This document shows positions 52,100-64,000 of a DNA stretch of 64,000 bases, piece by piece. Each line of letters opens with the position of its first letter. The stretch's first letter is position 1. Origin of the DNA: the human T2T-CHM13v2.0 reference genome, Homo sapiens. The notes under the pieces are model-generated. The model was not told the origin of the DNA. It did not search any database and saw only the letters and a list, made by a program, of their open reading frames with translations. The translations under genes and the position numbers were made by a program. The stretch lies in the NCBI RefSeq assembly GCF_009914755.1, contig NC_060934.1, one strand, 5' to 3'.

Positions 52100-53177
52100 A
52101 GGGTGTGGGGGCTGCTGCCCAGGCCTCCCGGCTTTTGTGGATTGGAATCCACATCTGCGCCACGTGCAGGGTTCCTGCCCAGTCTCTGAAGCCCACTAGT
52201 CCTTCTGACCAGGCGTTCACTCTGCCTGCCTGCTGAGGGAGCGCTGGGGTCGTTTGACAGGCGGCACCCACACCCTGCAGGGCCACGTGCGCATGCGGGC
52301 TCGAGGAAGCTGTGGGAGTGCCTTCCCACTAGGCTTGCTGTGCGGGTTCTTGAGGCAAAGGGAAGGTGGAGTTTGCAGAAGGTCCTGGATGGTGGGTCAG
52401 AATGTGGGCACCTGGTTCCAAACCCTGAGGGTCCCTTTGCCAGGGCCTCCGGTAGGGGCCGCGGTCCAAGCCGAGGCACTCGCCCCTCCTGTCCTTCCTC
52501 AGGCCCCACTGGCCACAGCCTCCACTGCTTCCAGCATTTTCTTCCTGTTGGGACGGAGTCCTGCCTTGGGAAGCCTTCTGCCTGTAGAGGTTTCTTGCCG
52601 GTGTGCACTGCACAGCTTGTGGGTCTTGTGTGTCCCAGAACCCCGAGTGCTCCCTGCCAGCCAGGGCCCAGGCAGTGCTTGGTGAGTGGGAGAGGGATGG
52701 CCCTGCTGCCCTGTCCTCCCAAACGGTGTTGTCTCATGGCCTTCAGAGAGCAGACAGACCAGAGGTGGCCTCGGACTCCAAGAGACGCTCCTGGCTTTCC
52801 ACTCTCGCCCTGTGCAGACCAGCAGTGCGAGGGGTGTTGTGGGGTTAGGGGGTGACGCAGGTTATCCCATGCCAGGGAGCCCACAGCCTCCACCCAGGGC
52901 CACGCCTGGCGCCAGCACAGGGAGGTCACAGAGGAGGCTGGAGCAGGGCGTGGTGGGAGGGCACCGATGTGCAATGCCATGCCAGGCCTCGGGGAGCCCC
53001 TCGACGAGACCCATGGCTCCTGCACGGATGGTTTCACATTGTCAACACGGCTGGAAAAGGATACGGTCTACAAGTGGAGGCTCGAAGGTGGCTGAGAGTT
53101 ATGGCACCTGGGCTTTCCAGAAGTTGGCTTGAAATAATTGGTCAAGGTATGTGGCTGGCGAGGGACGCCAGGGATGC

Positions 53178-53370
53178 GGCCTCCTGCAGTGGTCAGATGC
53201 CGTCCTGTGGGATGGGGCCTCCTGCAGTGGTCAGATGCCGTCCTGTGGGGAGGGACAGTGTGGCCTTCATCCGTGGTGACGCCGTCCTGTGTGGGGACTG
53301 ACAGTATCGTCTCCGTCTGTGATGATGCCGTTCTGTGTGGGGAGGGACAGTGCGGCCTCCATGATGTCCC
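53178..53370. repeat. Degenerate repeat with core GATGCCGTCCTGTG
   Basis: Four cores with variable spacers. Confidence 0.7.
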
Positions 53371-55395
53371 CCACACTGTCCGCGCTAGGAGTGCAGGTGG
53401 TTTCCAGCAGCTGTCTGCCGGCAGGGAGGCTGGGAAGTCAGGCTGGCTGTGTCCAACACCTCCTGGGGCACAGAGGAGTGTGGGGGAGACACTGTTGGAA
53501 CACAGGTGTGGACATTGCGACACGTGTAAAGATGTCAGTGGGGCCTGCGTTCGAGGATGTTCCGACCACCATGCTGGTCGCACCCTCCAGCGATGGGTCC
53601 TCGGTGCAGTGATCTCAAGCGTCGCGTCTAGAATCACCGCACCCCGTTGCTTCCAGACAGCCTCGGTAGCGTTGAGTCCCCTCTTCCTCTTCCTGGATGT
53701 ACACAGGGGCCACGTGCCGTCTTTGGAGGTCGTGAGTGTTTGAGTCTTTTCATCTCGGCCCCTGCTTTGCTCTTTCTGGCATTGCCATCTGAAAGAGTCT
53801 AGCCCACTTGTCTTTAGGGCAGCCTGCCGTGTGGGTCACTGTGGTCATTGCTCGCTCCGTGGTTAGCTGTGTCCTGTCCGTGGTTAGTTAGGTAGTTGGT
53901 TGCTCCATGGTTTTCACTTAGAGATTTTGGGCAGGAACATTACCAAGGTGAGCTTGGGCGCTTCTTGTGCCATCAGCTCTGGGGGCCCAGGCTGCTGTCA
54001 CAGGGAAGGTGGCATCGCCCCACTCCCAGCTTGGCGGGAGGAGGCTCCTCATGTATGACGCCATTTGGGGATCTTCTGTGACTCCTCTATGGGTCCTTTG
54101 CCCGTTTTTCCATCAGTTTTGTTTTGTTTTGTATTTTCCCTTGACTTTTAAGAGTTCTTTCAATTGCAAGAAGATTAATTATCTGTGATATATATTGCAA
54201 ATATTTTCAACCAGTTTGACATTTGTCTTTTGATTTTGCCATGCCAAAGTTTAAAAAAAGTTAGAGTTGACTCACTCTTTTTAAGGATTGTGTTTGGATT
54301 TTGAGTCATAGTTTATTTTTCCATATGAACTTTAGAATCACCTTGTCTGGTTTGGGCTGGGCGGGGCGGGCCGCTGGCAGGCTGTGGGACAGGCCAGGGC
54401 TATTTCTGCGCTCGCTTGGAGAGGACTGACAGCTCTATGGCGCCGAGTCATGGTCCCTGGAAACAAGAGAGGTCTTTTCATGGACTCAAAGCTTTTGTTC
54501 GTTTCCTTCAGGAATGTCTTAAAGTTTTTCTCTTACACAATGTTCACATATGCAAAAGGTCGTTTGTGAGGTTACCTTTTTCCTTGTTGCATTGGAAGCG
54601 GGCCTTCTCTTCCAGCAGGCCTTCCGCCTGGTTGTTGTTGGTGTCTGTGATGGCTGTTGTTTTGTCTGTTAATTTCAGGACCTCCTGCTTTCCTGGATTC
54701 TCCTGTTGTCTGTCCTTTTTCTGCCTGCTTCTCTGCCCCTCCAGGTGTGCTGTGACGCCATCTGCAGGTGCAGGGAGCTCAGATCTCCTTTCCCGGAGCT
54801 GCGCCTCTGCATGTGTTCCCTTTCGGGTCTCATTCCCTCCCCCGATATGTCAGGTGAAATGGCACTGGGCGTAACGGGCGCCCTTGCTGTGTTTCCTTGT
54901 CCGAGGGAATGACTGGGTTTGCCCAGGAGGAAAGAGCCGGCTCTGGGATGAGGTGTCAGCGTGTGTGGGGTGGGATGTTTCGAATCCACGTCTCATGTGG
55001 TATTCAGCGTGGTATTCAGCGTTGTTGCTATTAAACAAGAAATAATAACAGTGAAAAGACAAAGCGTTTCACTTATAAGGCTAGAGTATAGAACTGTGCC
55101 ATAAATGAGGGAATTACGGAAGGATTATATAAATCCAAAAATTATTGAATAAAATACAGAAAAAAACCCCAGAAAGACAGCAAATTAAGGAAATGGCAAC
55201 AGTTTGAAAACATAAATGAAGCACACATTTGGTAAAGCTACCTGAGAGAGGGAGGGGCAGGTTGACTGCATAGTAGTGTGAGGAACAGGAGGATTCATAC
55301 AGTTTAACAATCCATTGTAAGATAGTTTGTTAACTATTCGGGGAAAGGTTTAAATTGGGGTCTTACTATAGACATTATACCAAAACAAAATCTAA

Positions 55396-56352
<957 letters not shown>

Positions 56353-56419
56353 TTTTATGACAAATGGTTGTTGACTTTAATTGAAGAACTTTTCAGTAAA
56401 CTTAAAAAAAATTAACCTT

Positions 56420-57205
56420 CATTTATTACTTCTCCATCATTCTTCCTTTCCTATGTACATCCGGAATTTTGAGTTGTGTCATATTCTCCTTCCTGAAGAA
56501 CTTTTTCAACATGACTTACAGGGCATGTCTACTTTTTTGTGTGAGAAAGTTTATTTTTCTTTCACTTTCGAAGGATGATTTTGCTGTACACATGACTGGG
56601 GTCGGGGGGTAGTCCCTCCAGTCTCTTCTTGCTGGTGTGGTTTCTGTTGACAAGTTCACTCTAATTCTTGTCCTTGTTCCTCTATAGCTAAGATGTATTT
56701 TTTTCTTGCTTCTTTCAAGATTTTCTTTATTTGTGATTTTCTACAATTGGGATATGATCTGCCTAGGTATAGATTTTTTGGTATTTATTCTGCTTGATGT
56801 TCTCTGGGCTTCGTGGATCTGTGGTTTGGTGTCTGGCACTAATTTTGGAAATTTTCAAAGCTCTTATATGTTGCAACTGTAACTGGAATTCTTTAAGTTT
56901 GCCAGGAACTATAAAGATAATCATTAGACTTTTTTAGATCTGTTGGTGTGATCAGTTGTATTAGCAGTTTTCCTAACAGTGAATCATCCATGTCTGTATG
57001 TATAGAATAGTCACTCGCTTGCTTACTATGTGTGAAGTTTTTAACGTGCTGCTGGATCTTTGGGGTGTGTGTCGTGGCACACACATGAGTGCACACATGA
57101 GGCTGGTTTGAAGGTTTCCCTTTTGCACATACGCTGTCTTCATCCTGTTTATATGCCAATGTTATGTTTGTCTCATAATAGGAACTTAGAACTTTCCTTC
57201 TTGTG
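56420..57205 (-). mobile_element. Ancient L1 fragments
   Basis: tttcactttcgaaggatgattttgctg, ttctttcaagattttcttt, tctctgggcttcgtggatctgtggttt. Confidence 0.55.
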
Positions 57206-57211
57206 CTGTGA

Positions 57212-57385
57212 TCTAGAGCTGTGCTGTGTAGTAATGTAGCCTCTAACCGCGTGTGATTATTAAAATTTAAGTGAACTAAAATTACATGCAATAAAAAAAC
57301 TGTTCAGTCACCAGTAGCCTCATTTAAAGGACAGACGTGGCTAGTGCAGGTCTAGAACGTGTCCATCACTGCGGAACGTACTGAG
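57212..57385. mobile_element. MER3/MER33-like hAT element
   Basis: ctagagctgtgctgt...gtagcctctaacc..., gtggctagtg, tccatcactgc. Confidence 0.55.
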
Positions 57386-57459
57386 ACTTCCTGCGTCGGT
57401 GGAAACATTCCGTCATCTACACCGGCCAGTCCTGTAGCAACGGCCTAGGTGGTTTTTGA

Positions 57460-57728
57460 ACGTGTGTGTGTAGGTGTGCCCACACGCATAGGCATGTGGT
57501 GAGTGTGTGGGGTGCGTTTGCATGCCTGTGCACGGGTGGTGTGTGGTGCATGCGTGTGTAGGTGTGCCCACATGCACATGCATAGGTGTGTGGTATGTGA
57601 GTGTGTGGGGTGCGTTTGTGTGCCTGTGCATGGGTGGTGTGTGGTGCATGCATGTGTGTGGGGTGCATATGTGTGGCGTGGTGGGTGTGTGTGTGCCTGC
57701 ACGTGTGTGGCATGTGTGTTTGGGTGGT
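57460..57728. repeat. TG-rich tract with internal duplication
   Basis: Read directly from the sequence. Confidence 0.85.
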
Positions 57729-58441
57729 TGTCTTTGCTGGCCCAGTTGTAGCAGCTCTTCCTGAGGTGGGGACCTCTGCCCCACAGCTGCCTGCCTGGAG
57801 CTCTCTGGTAGGCGGTCCCCCTGCCAGCCCTGCAGGCTGTATGAGGTTCTCCATGGTTCTCCCCGTCTGCCATTTGCCCTTTGTTATTGCTCTTAGTGAC
57901 AGGCAGTTATTTAACATTCTGGCCAAAGTGGCTTTCGTTGTTTTCTTCTTCCTAAAGCCTTTAAAATTAAGAGTTAAAAAATAGGAAAGTAATGCGTGAT
58001 GATTATAGGCATGTTAAAAATAAAGAAGAGAAAAAGAAATACCTCTGCCTCAAATACCCACTCCAACCTTTGGGCGTTTTTTTCTGTCTTTTTCCCTTTT
58101 CCTATTGAGAATACCATTGGGAGTGCTGACAGCGCTCGGCATGAGGGGCTCCTGTGACGTGCTGGCACCCTTTCTGGAGTCCCCGCGGACCCTCAGGGGC
58201 CAGCTGTGCCTTTGCATTGGCCACAGCGAGGAAGGGGGCCAGGGCATGCAGTTTCTGCAGGGCCACGTCTGCAGGTGGCCATGTGGGCTGCTCGCGCCGG
58301 TGGGGGCTTGTGTGAGGTGTGATTTATTTTGTGTTCAATCCATTTTTTTAGAGTATAAGTGTCTTCCATGTCTATGTGCTCATTGTAAATCTTTACTTTG
58401 ATAACATATACCTAATACTTGTTATTTTAACCACTGGTAAC

Positions 58442-58631
58442 TGTGTAGTTCACTGCCGTCCTCACCTACATTGTGGTGTTTGTTGGTGAGTGTGTAGCTC
58501 ACTGCCTTTCTTACCCACATTGCGGTGTTTGTTGGTGAGTGTCTGGCTCACTGCCTTTCTTACCTACATTCCAGTGTTTGTTGGTGAGTGTGTAGTTCAG
58601 TGCCTTCCTTACCTACATTGGGGTGTTTGTC
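58442..58631. repeat. 49-bp repeat, about 4 copies
   Basis: Units at 58442, 58491, 58540 and 58589. Confidence 0.9.
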
Positions 58632-59317
58632 ACTGGCACCCTGTCTATCTCCACGTCATGTTTTATCCAATAAATTTGTTTTTGATTCCTCCCTCTTCTT
58701 TCCTTCCGTGGACGCCCTGTGTAACTTTCTTTATTGAGGTGCCTTCTGTAATATTTTTCTGCAGTATTCTAATTGTAATTCTCTTATAAATGATGCTATT
58801 ATGAACTTCTTTGTTGACAGAGCATTTTTGCTCTTTAGAATTACTTTTTTAAGGACTGACTCCCAGAAATAGAGTTCCACATTTGAAAGTAATGAGTTTT
58901 TTTTTTTTAACATTTCCCATATTTTCATAGTTTTTGTATTGTTCTTTGAGACCAAGAGAAGAATTTTTGGGTGTTTAAGAGAAAAAGAAGGCATGTGCTT
59001 TCTTTCATATGGTGGCTGAACACACGCAGAGCTGCTTGGCCTGTGGGCTGAAATTTGAGCATTTCTTTAAGACCTAGTTTGTTTATTTTTTACTCTCACT
59101 TCAGTGGTTTTAAAAATAACTACATTAACCAAACGTGGCTGTACCTCCGAGGACTTCTTGCCAGAGCTGCTCCTGGGAAAGGGTTCAGTCTCTCTAGTTT
59201 GTGCCCATCACCCAGTGGGACAGCTACATGGACGTGGCATGGCGGCGTGGCGGCATGGCCCAGTAAAGACCAGTTTGGGCAGGATGAATGGCCCTCAATT
59301 AAAGGGTGTCGTGGTAG

Positions 59318-59732
<415 letters not shown>

Positions 59733-60200
59733 CATGTGTGTGTGCATGTTTGTGTACGTGTGTATGCATGCATGTGTGTTTGTGTGCAGGCTCCTGTACA
59801 TGTGCGCGTTTGTGTGTGTCCATGTGTTTGCTTGTGTGCGTGTGTGCATGCGTGTGTGTGCATGTGTGTGCATGTGTGTGCATGCACGTGTGTTTGGAGG
59901 CTCCTGTGCATGTGTGCATGTGTGCGCGCGTGCACGCATGTGTGCGTGTGTGCACACATGTGTGCGTGTGTGCATGCGTGTGTGCATGCACGTGTGTTTG
60001 TGTGCACGCTCCTGTACGTGTGTGCATGTGTGCATGTGTATGCATGCATGTGTGTGTGCAGGCTCCTGTACGTGTGTGCGTGTGTGTATGTGTGCATGTG
60101 TTTGCATGTGTGTGCATGGGTATGTGCACGTGTGCATGTGTGCATGCATGTGTGTGAGTGTGTGTGCGCATGTGTGCGTATGCACATGCACTTGTGTTTT
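59733..60200. repeat. (TG)/(TGCA) alternating purine-pyrimidine tract
   Basis: Read directly. gctcctgt punctuates it four times. Confidence 0.92.
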
Positions 60201-60703
60201 CATGGCCGAGGGTTTATTTTCTAGTAATTTGAAGCCCTAAGTGACAGAACCTTTTCTGTTCTTCTCAGTGTTTGTGCTACTGTCCTCTCCCTCTTCTCTC
60301 AGTCTCAGAAGATGTGTCAGGGTGTCTGGATGTGGTCTGTCAGCTCATCCACAAGGACTCGGGCCATCTCCCCTGTTCCTGCAGGTGGTGGGAAGTTTCT
60401 ATATCCACATTTTCTTCATTGAGGATATTGTGGTTTGTTGTGAAAGTGCTTACATTCAGTGGGATAAAATTTGAGTCACATATTAGGATATTATATTGTT
60501 ATTTCAGTTGTGAATTTTAAGAAATTATATAATTTCTTACACATCTTCAGGAATGCATTAGGCAAGTTAAACAATAGTGTTACATGTTGGGGATATGTTT
60601 ATATGCAGAGCGGTTGTAAAAACTGTATTAACATCTGTGTGCATTGCACGTGTCTGCTTGTTCCTCTGTTTCCAGTGTTTTGTCCTTTAGTGTGTGCTGC
60701 AGC

Positions 60704-61007
60704 GCTGTGCTACGTGTAGTGACCCTGGGCCTGTGGTGCGTCCTGCGGGGCTGTGCTACGTGTAGTGACCCTGGGCCTGTGGTGCGTGTTCCGGGGCTGT
60801 GCTACGCGTAGTGACCCTGGGCCTGTGGTGCGTGTTCCGGGGCTGTGCTATGCGCAGTGACTCTGGGTCTGTGGTGCGTGTTCCGGGGCTGTGCTATGCG
60901 TAGTGACTCTGGGCCTGTGGTGCGTCCTGCGGGGCTGTGCTACGCGTAGTGACCCTGGGCCTGTGGTGCGTGTTCCCGGGCTGTGCTACACATAGTGACT
61001 CTGGGCC
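60704..61007. repeat. 46-bp minisatellite, about 6.5 copies
   Basis: Unit GCTGTGCTACGYGTAGTGACCCTGGGCCTGTGGTGCGT...GGG at 60704, 60750, 60796 and onward. Confidence 0.95.
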
Positions 61008-61239
61008 TTTTGGGCAGGTCTCAGATTTACTGTCTGTTTTAATTTCAATTGCAGTTTTTGTTTGATTTCGCTTGGGCGTCTGGGACCTACCCTTCCTACT
61101 GCTAGGGTCAGAACTTTCTCTTTTTTTCATTTTATATGAGGTGAGTAAAGTGCAGCTCTCAGACGTGTGGAGACTCAGTGTGTGGCTCGGCTGCTTGAGT
61201 GGCGCTGTGGCGATGGAGATTACCTCCACCTTTTTAATG

Positions 61240-61712
61240 CGGTAAAATGGGTATAAAATTTTCCATCTTAACCATGTTTAAGGGTGCAATTCAGTGGCAT
61301 GAAATGCATTCATAATGTTGCATAACCATCACTGTCATCCATCTCCAGATCTCTTTTAATCTTGTAAAACTGCAGCTCTGTCCTCGTTAAACACTGAGTC
61401 CCTGTCTGCCCCCAGTTCCTTTGTCACCAACATTTTACTTTCTGTCTCCATGAATCTGATGACTCCAGATATCTCACATGAGTGCGATCATACATTCTTT
61501 GTCTTTTTGTGTTTGGCTTATTTTCCTTAGCATAATGTTCTCAAGGTTGTTGCATAGTCAGAATACCCTTCCTTTTTAAGGCTGAGTTATGTGGATAGAC
61601 CACAATTGTATCCATTTGTCCGTGGATGGACACTTGGGTTTCTTCCAGCTTCTGGCTGATTGTGGGTGTACCGATATCTGTTTAAGTTCCTGCTTTCAGT
61701 TCTTTTGGGAAT
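61240..61712 (-). mobile_element. L1MA/MB 3'-end fragment (target of the THE1 insertion)
   Basis: ccatcttaaccat...caattcagtggcat, cctttttaaggctga, cctgctttcagttcttttggg. Confidence 0.8.
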
Positions 61713-63991
61713 TGTATTAGTTCATTTTCATGCTGCTGATAAAGACGTACCTGAGACTGGGAAGAAAAAGAGGCTTAATTGGACTTATAGTTCCGCATGG
61801 CTGGAGAGGCCTCAGAATCATGGCAGGAGGTGAAAGACACTTCTTAAATGGCTGCAGCAAGAGAAAATGAGAGAGAAGTAAAAGCGGAAACCTCTGATAA
61901 GCCCATCAGATCTCTTGAGACTTATTCAGTATCATGGGAATAGCACAGCAAAGACCAACCCCCATGATTCAATTACCTCCCCCTGGGTTCTTCCCATAAC
62001 AGGTGGGAATTCTGGGAGATACAATTCAAGTGAGATTTGGGTGGGGACACAGCCAAACCATATCATTCCATCCCTGGCCCCTCCAAACCTCATGTCCTCA
62101 CATTTCAAAACCAGTTATGCCTTCCCAACAGTCTCCCAAAGTCTTAACTCATTGCAGCATTAACCCAAAAGTCCACAGTCCAGTCTTATCTGAGACAAGG
62201 CAAGTCCCTTTCATGTATGAGCCTGTAAAATCAAAAGCAAGCTAGTTACTTCCTGGATACAATGGAGGTACAGGTATTGGGTAAATACAGCCGTTCCAAA
62301 TGGGAGAAATTGGCCAAAACAAAGGGGTTACAGGGCCGATGCAAGTCCGAAATCCAGCGGGGCAGTCAAATTTTAAAGCTCCAAAATGATCTCCTTTGAC
62401 TCCTGGTCTCACATCTAGGTCACACTGTTGCAAGAGGTGTGCTCCCACGATCTTGGGCAGCTCCGCCCCTGCGGTTCTGCATGGTACAGCCTCCCTCTCG
62501 GCTGCTTTCATGGGCTGGCATTGAGTGTCTGCGGCTTTTCCAGGCACACAGTGCAAGCTGTTGGTGAATCTGCCATTCTGAGGACTGGAGGATGGTGGCC
62601 CTCTTCTCACAGCTACACTAGGCATTGCCCCAATAGAGACTCTGTGTGGGGGCTCTGACCCCACATTACCCTTCTGCACTGCCCTAGCAGAGATTCTCCA
62701 TGAGGGCCCCACCCCTGCAGCAAACTTTTGCCTGGACATCGAGGCATTTTCATACATCTTCTGAAATCTGGGTGGAGGTTCCCAAACCTCAGTTCTTGTC
62801 TTCTGTGCACCTGAAGGCTCAACACCACTGGCAGCTGCCAAGTCTTGGGGCTTCCACCCTCTGAAGCCACAGCCCGAGCTGTATGTTGGCCCCTTTTAGC
62901 CACGGCTGGAGTGGCTGGGATGCAGGTCACCAAGACCCTAGGCTGCACACATCATGGGGACCCTGGGCCTGGCCCATGAAACCAGTTTTTCTTCCTGGGC
63001 CTCTGGGCCTGTGGTGGGAGGTGTTGCCATGAAGGTCTCTGATGTGGCCTGGAGACATTTTCCACATGGTCTTGGGGATTAACAACAGGCTCCTTGCTAC
63101 TTACCCAGATTTCTGCAGCTGACTTGAGTTTCTCCCCAGAAAATAGGTTTTGCTTCTCTATCACATATTCAGGCTTCAAATTTTCCAAGCTTTTATGCTC
63201 TGCTTCCCTTAGAAAACTGAATGCCTTTAACAGTACTGAAGTCACTTCTTGAATGTTTTGCTGTTTAGAAATTCCTTCCACCAGATACCCTAAATCATCT
63301 CTCAAGTTCAAAGTTCCACACATCTCTAGGGCACGGGCAAAATGCTGCCAGTCTCTTTGCTAAAACATAACAAGGGTCACCTTCGCTCCAGTTCCCAACA
63401 AGTTCCTCATCTCTATCTGAGACCACCTCAGCCTGGATTTTACTGTCTGTATTGCTGTTGGCATTTTGGGCAAAGCCATTCAGCAAGTCTCCAGGAAGTT
63501 CCAAACTTTCCCACATTTTCCTGTCGTCTTCTCATCCCTTCAAACTGTTCCAACCTCTGCCTGTTATGCAGTTCCAAAGTCTCTTCCACATATTCGGGTA
63601 TCTTTTCAGCAATACCCCACTCCTGGTACCAATTTACCGTATTAGTTCATTTTCACACTGCCAGTAAAGACATACCTGAGACTGGGAAGAAAAAGAGGTT
63701 TAATTGGACTTACAGTTCCACATCACTGGGGAGGCCCCAGAATCATGACAGGAGACAAAAGGCACTTCTTACATGGCAGTGGCAAGAGAAAATGAGAAGG
63801 AAGCAAAAGCAGAAACCCCTGATAAACCCATCAGATCTCATGAGACTTATTCACTATCACGAGAATAGCATGGGAAAGACTGGCCCCCATAATTCAATTA
63901 CCTCCCCCTGGGTCCCTCCCACAACACATGGGAATTCTGGGAGATACAATTCAAGTTGAGATTTGGGTGGGGACACAGCCAAACCACATCA
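61713..63991 (-). mobile_element. Full-length THE1 (THE1C-like) MaLR: LTR 61713-62065, internal region, LTR 63638-63991
   Basis: Two homologous ~353-bp LTRs around a ~1.57-kb THE1 internal region. Perfect 5-bp TSD GGAAT at 61708-61712 and 63992-63996. Confidence 0.95.
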
Positions 63992-64000
63992 GGAATATAG

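Noticed and set aside
52069-53037. 322-aa minus-strand ORF and similar 200-270-aa ORFs at 8.3, 33.6, 41.5 and 48.9 kb
   Set aside because: No recognisable domain or splice structure. They are expected by chance in GC-rich sequence when alternative starts are allowed.
62242-63959. 199- and 205-aa ORFs in the THE1 internal region
   Set aside because: Fragmented remnants of a non-autonomous MaLR, with no intact gag/pol.

Overview
Mammalian (human-like) genomic DNA containing the CpG-island promoter, 5' UTR and first coding exon of INPP5A (type I inositol 1,4,5-trisphosphate 5-phosphatase; MAGKAAAPGTAVLLVTANVGSLFDD, 1099-1173, then a phase-0 GTAAGT donor). The remaining ~63 kb is intron 1, and I did not find exon 2 in the window. 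The intron carries many Alus, old L1 fragments, a sense solo MaLR LTR, a full-length antisense THE1, MER44/MER3/MLT1 relics and many minisatellites, most of them G/T-rich on the sense strand. Nearly all listed ORFs are GC- or repeat-driven artefacts. I see no new multi-gene system. The best hypotheses, all untested inference, are: (1) a sense solo LTR with a strong-Kozak ATG, an open 46-codon frame, a perfect CAG|GTAAGT phase-0 donor and a mutated poly(A) signal, i.e. a candidate alternative first exon in frame with INPP5A; (2) a 38-bp VNTR with seven perfect TACTAAC (branch point/SF1/QKI) motifs; (3) a 31-bp VNTR with helically phased E-box/ARE-like sites; (4) a TGCATG (RBFOX) cluster; (5) two uORFs. 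Repeat family names and edges come from recalled consensus sequences and are approximate.
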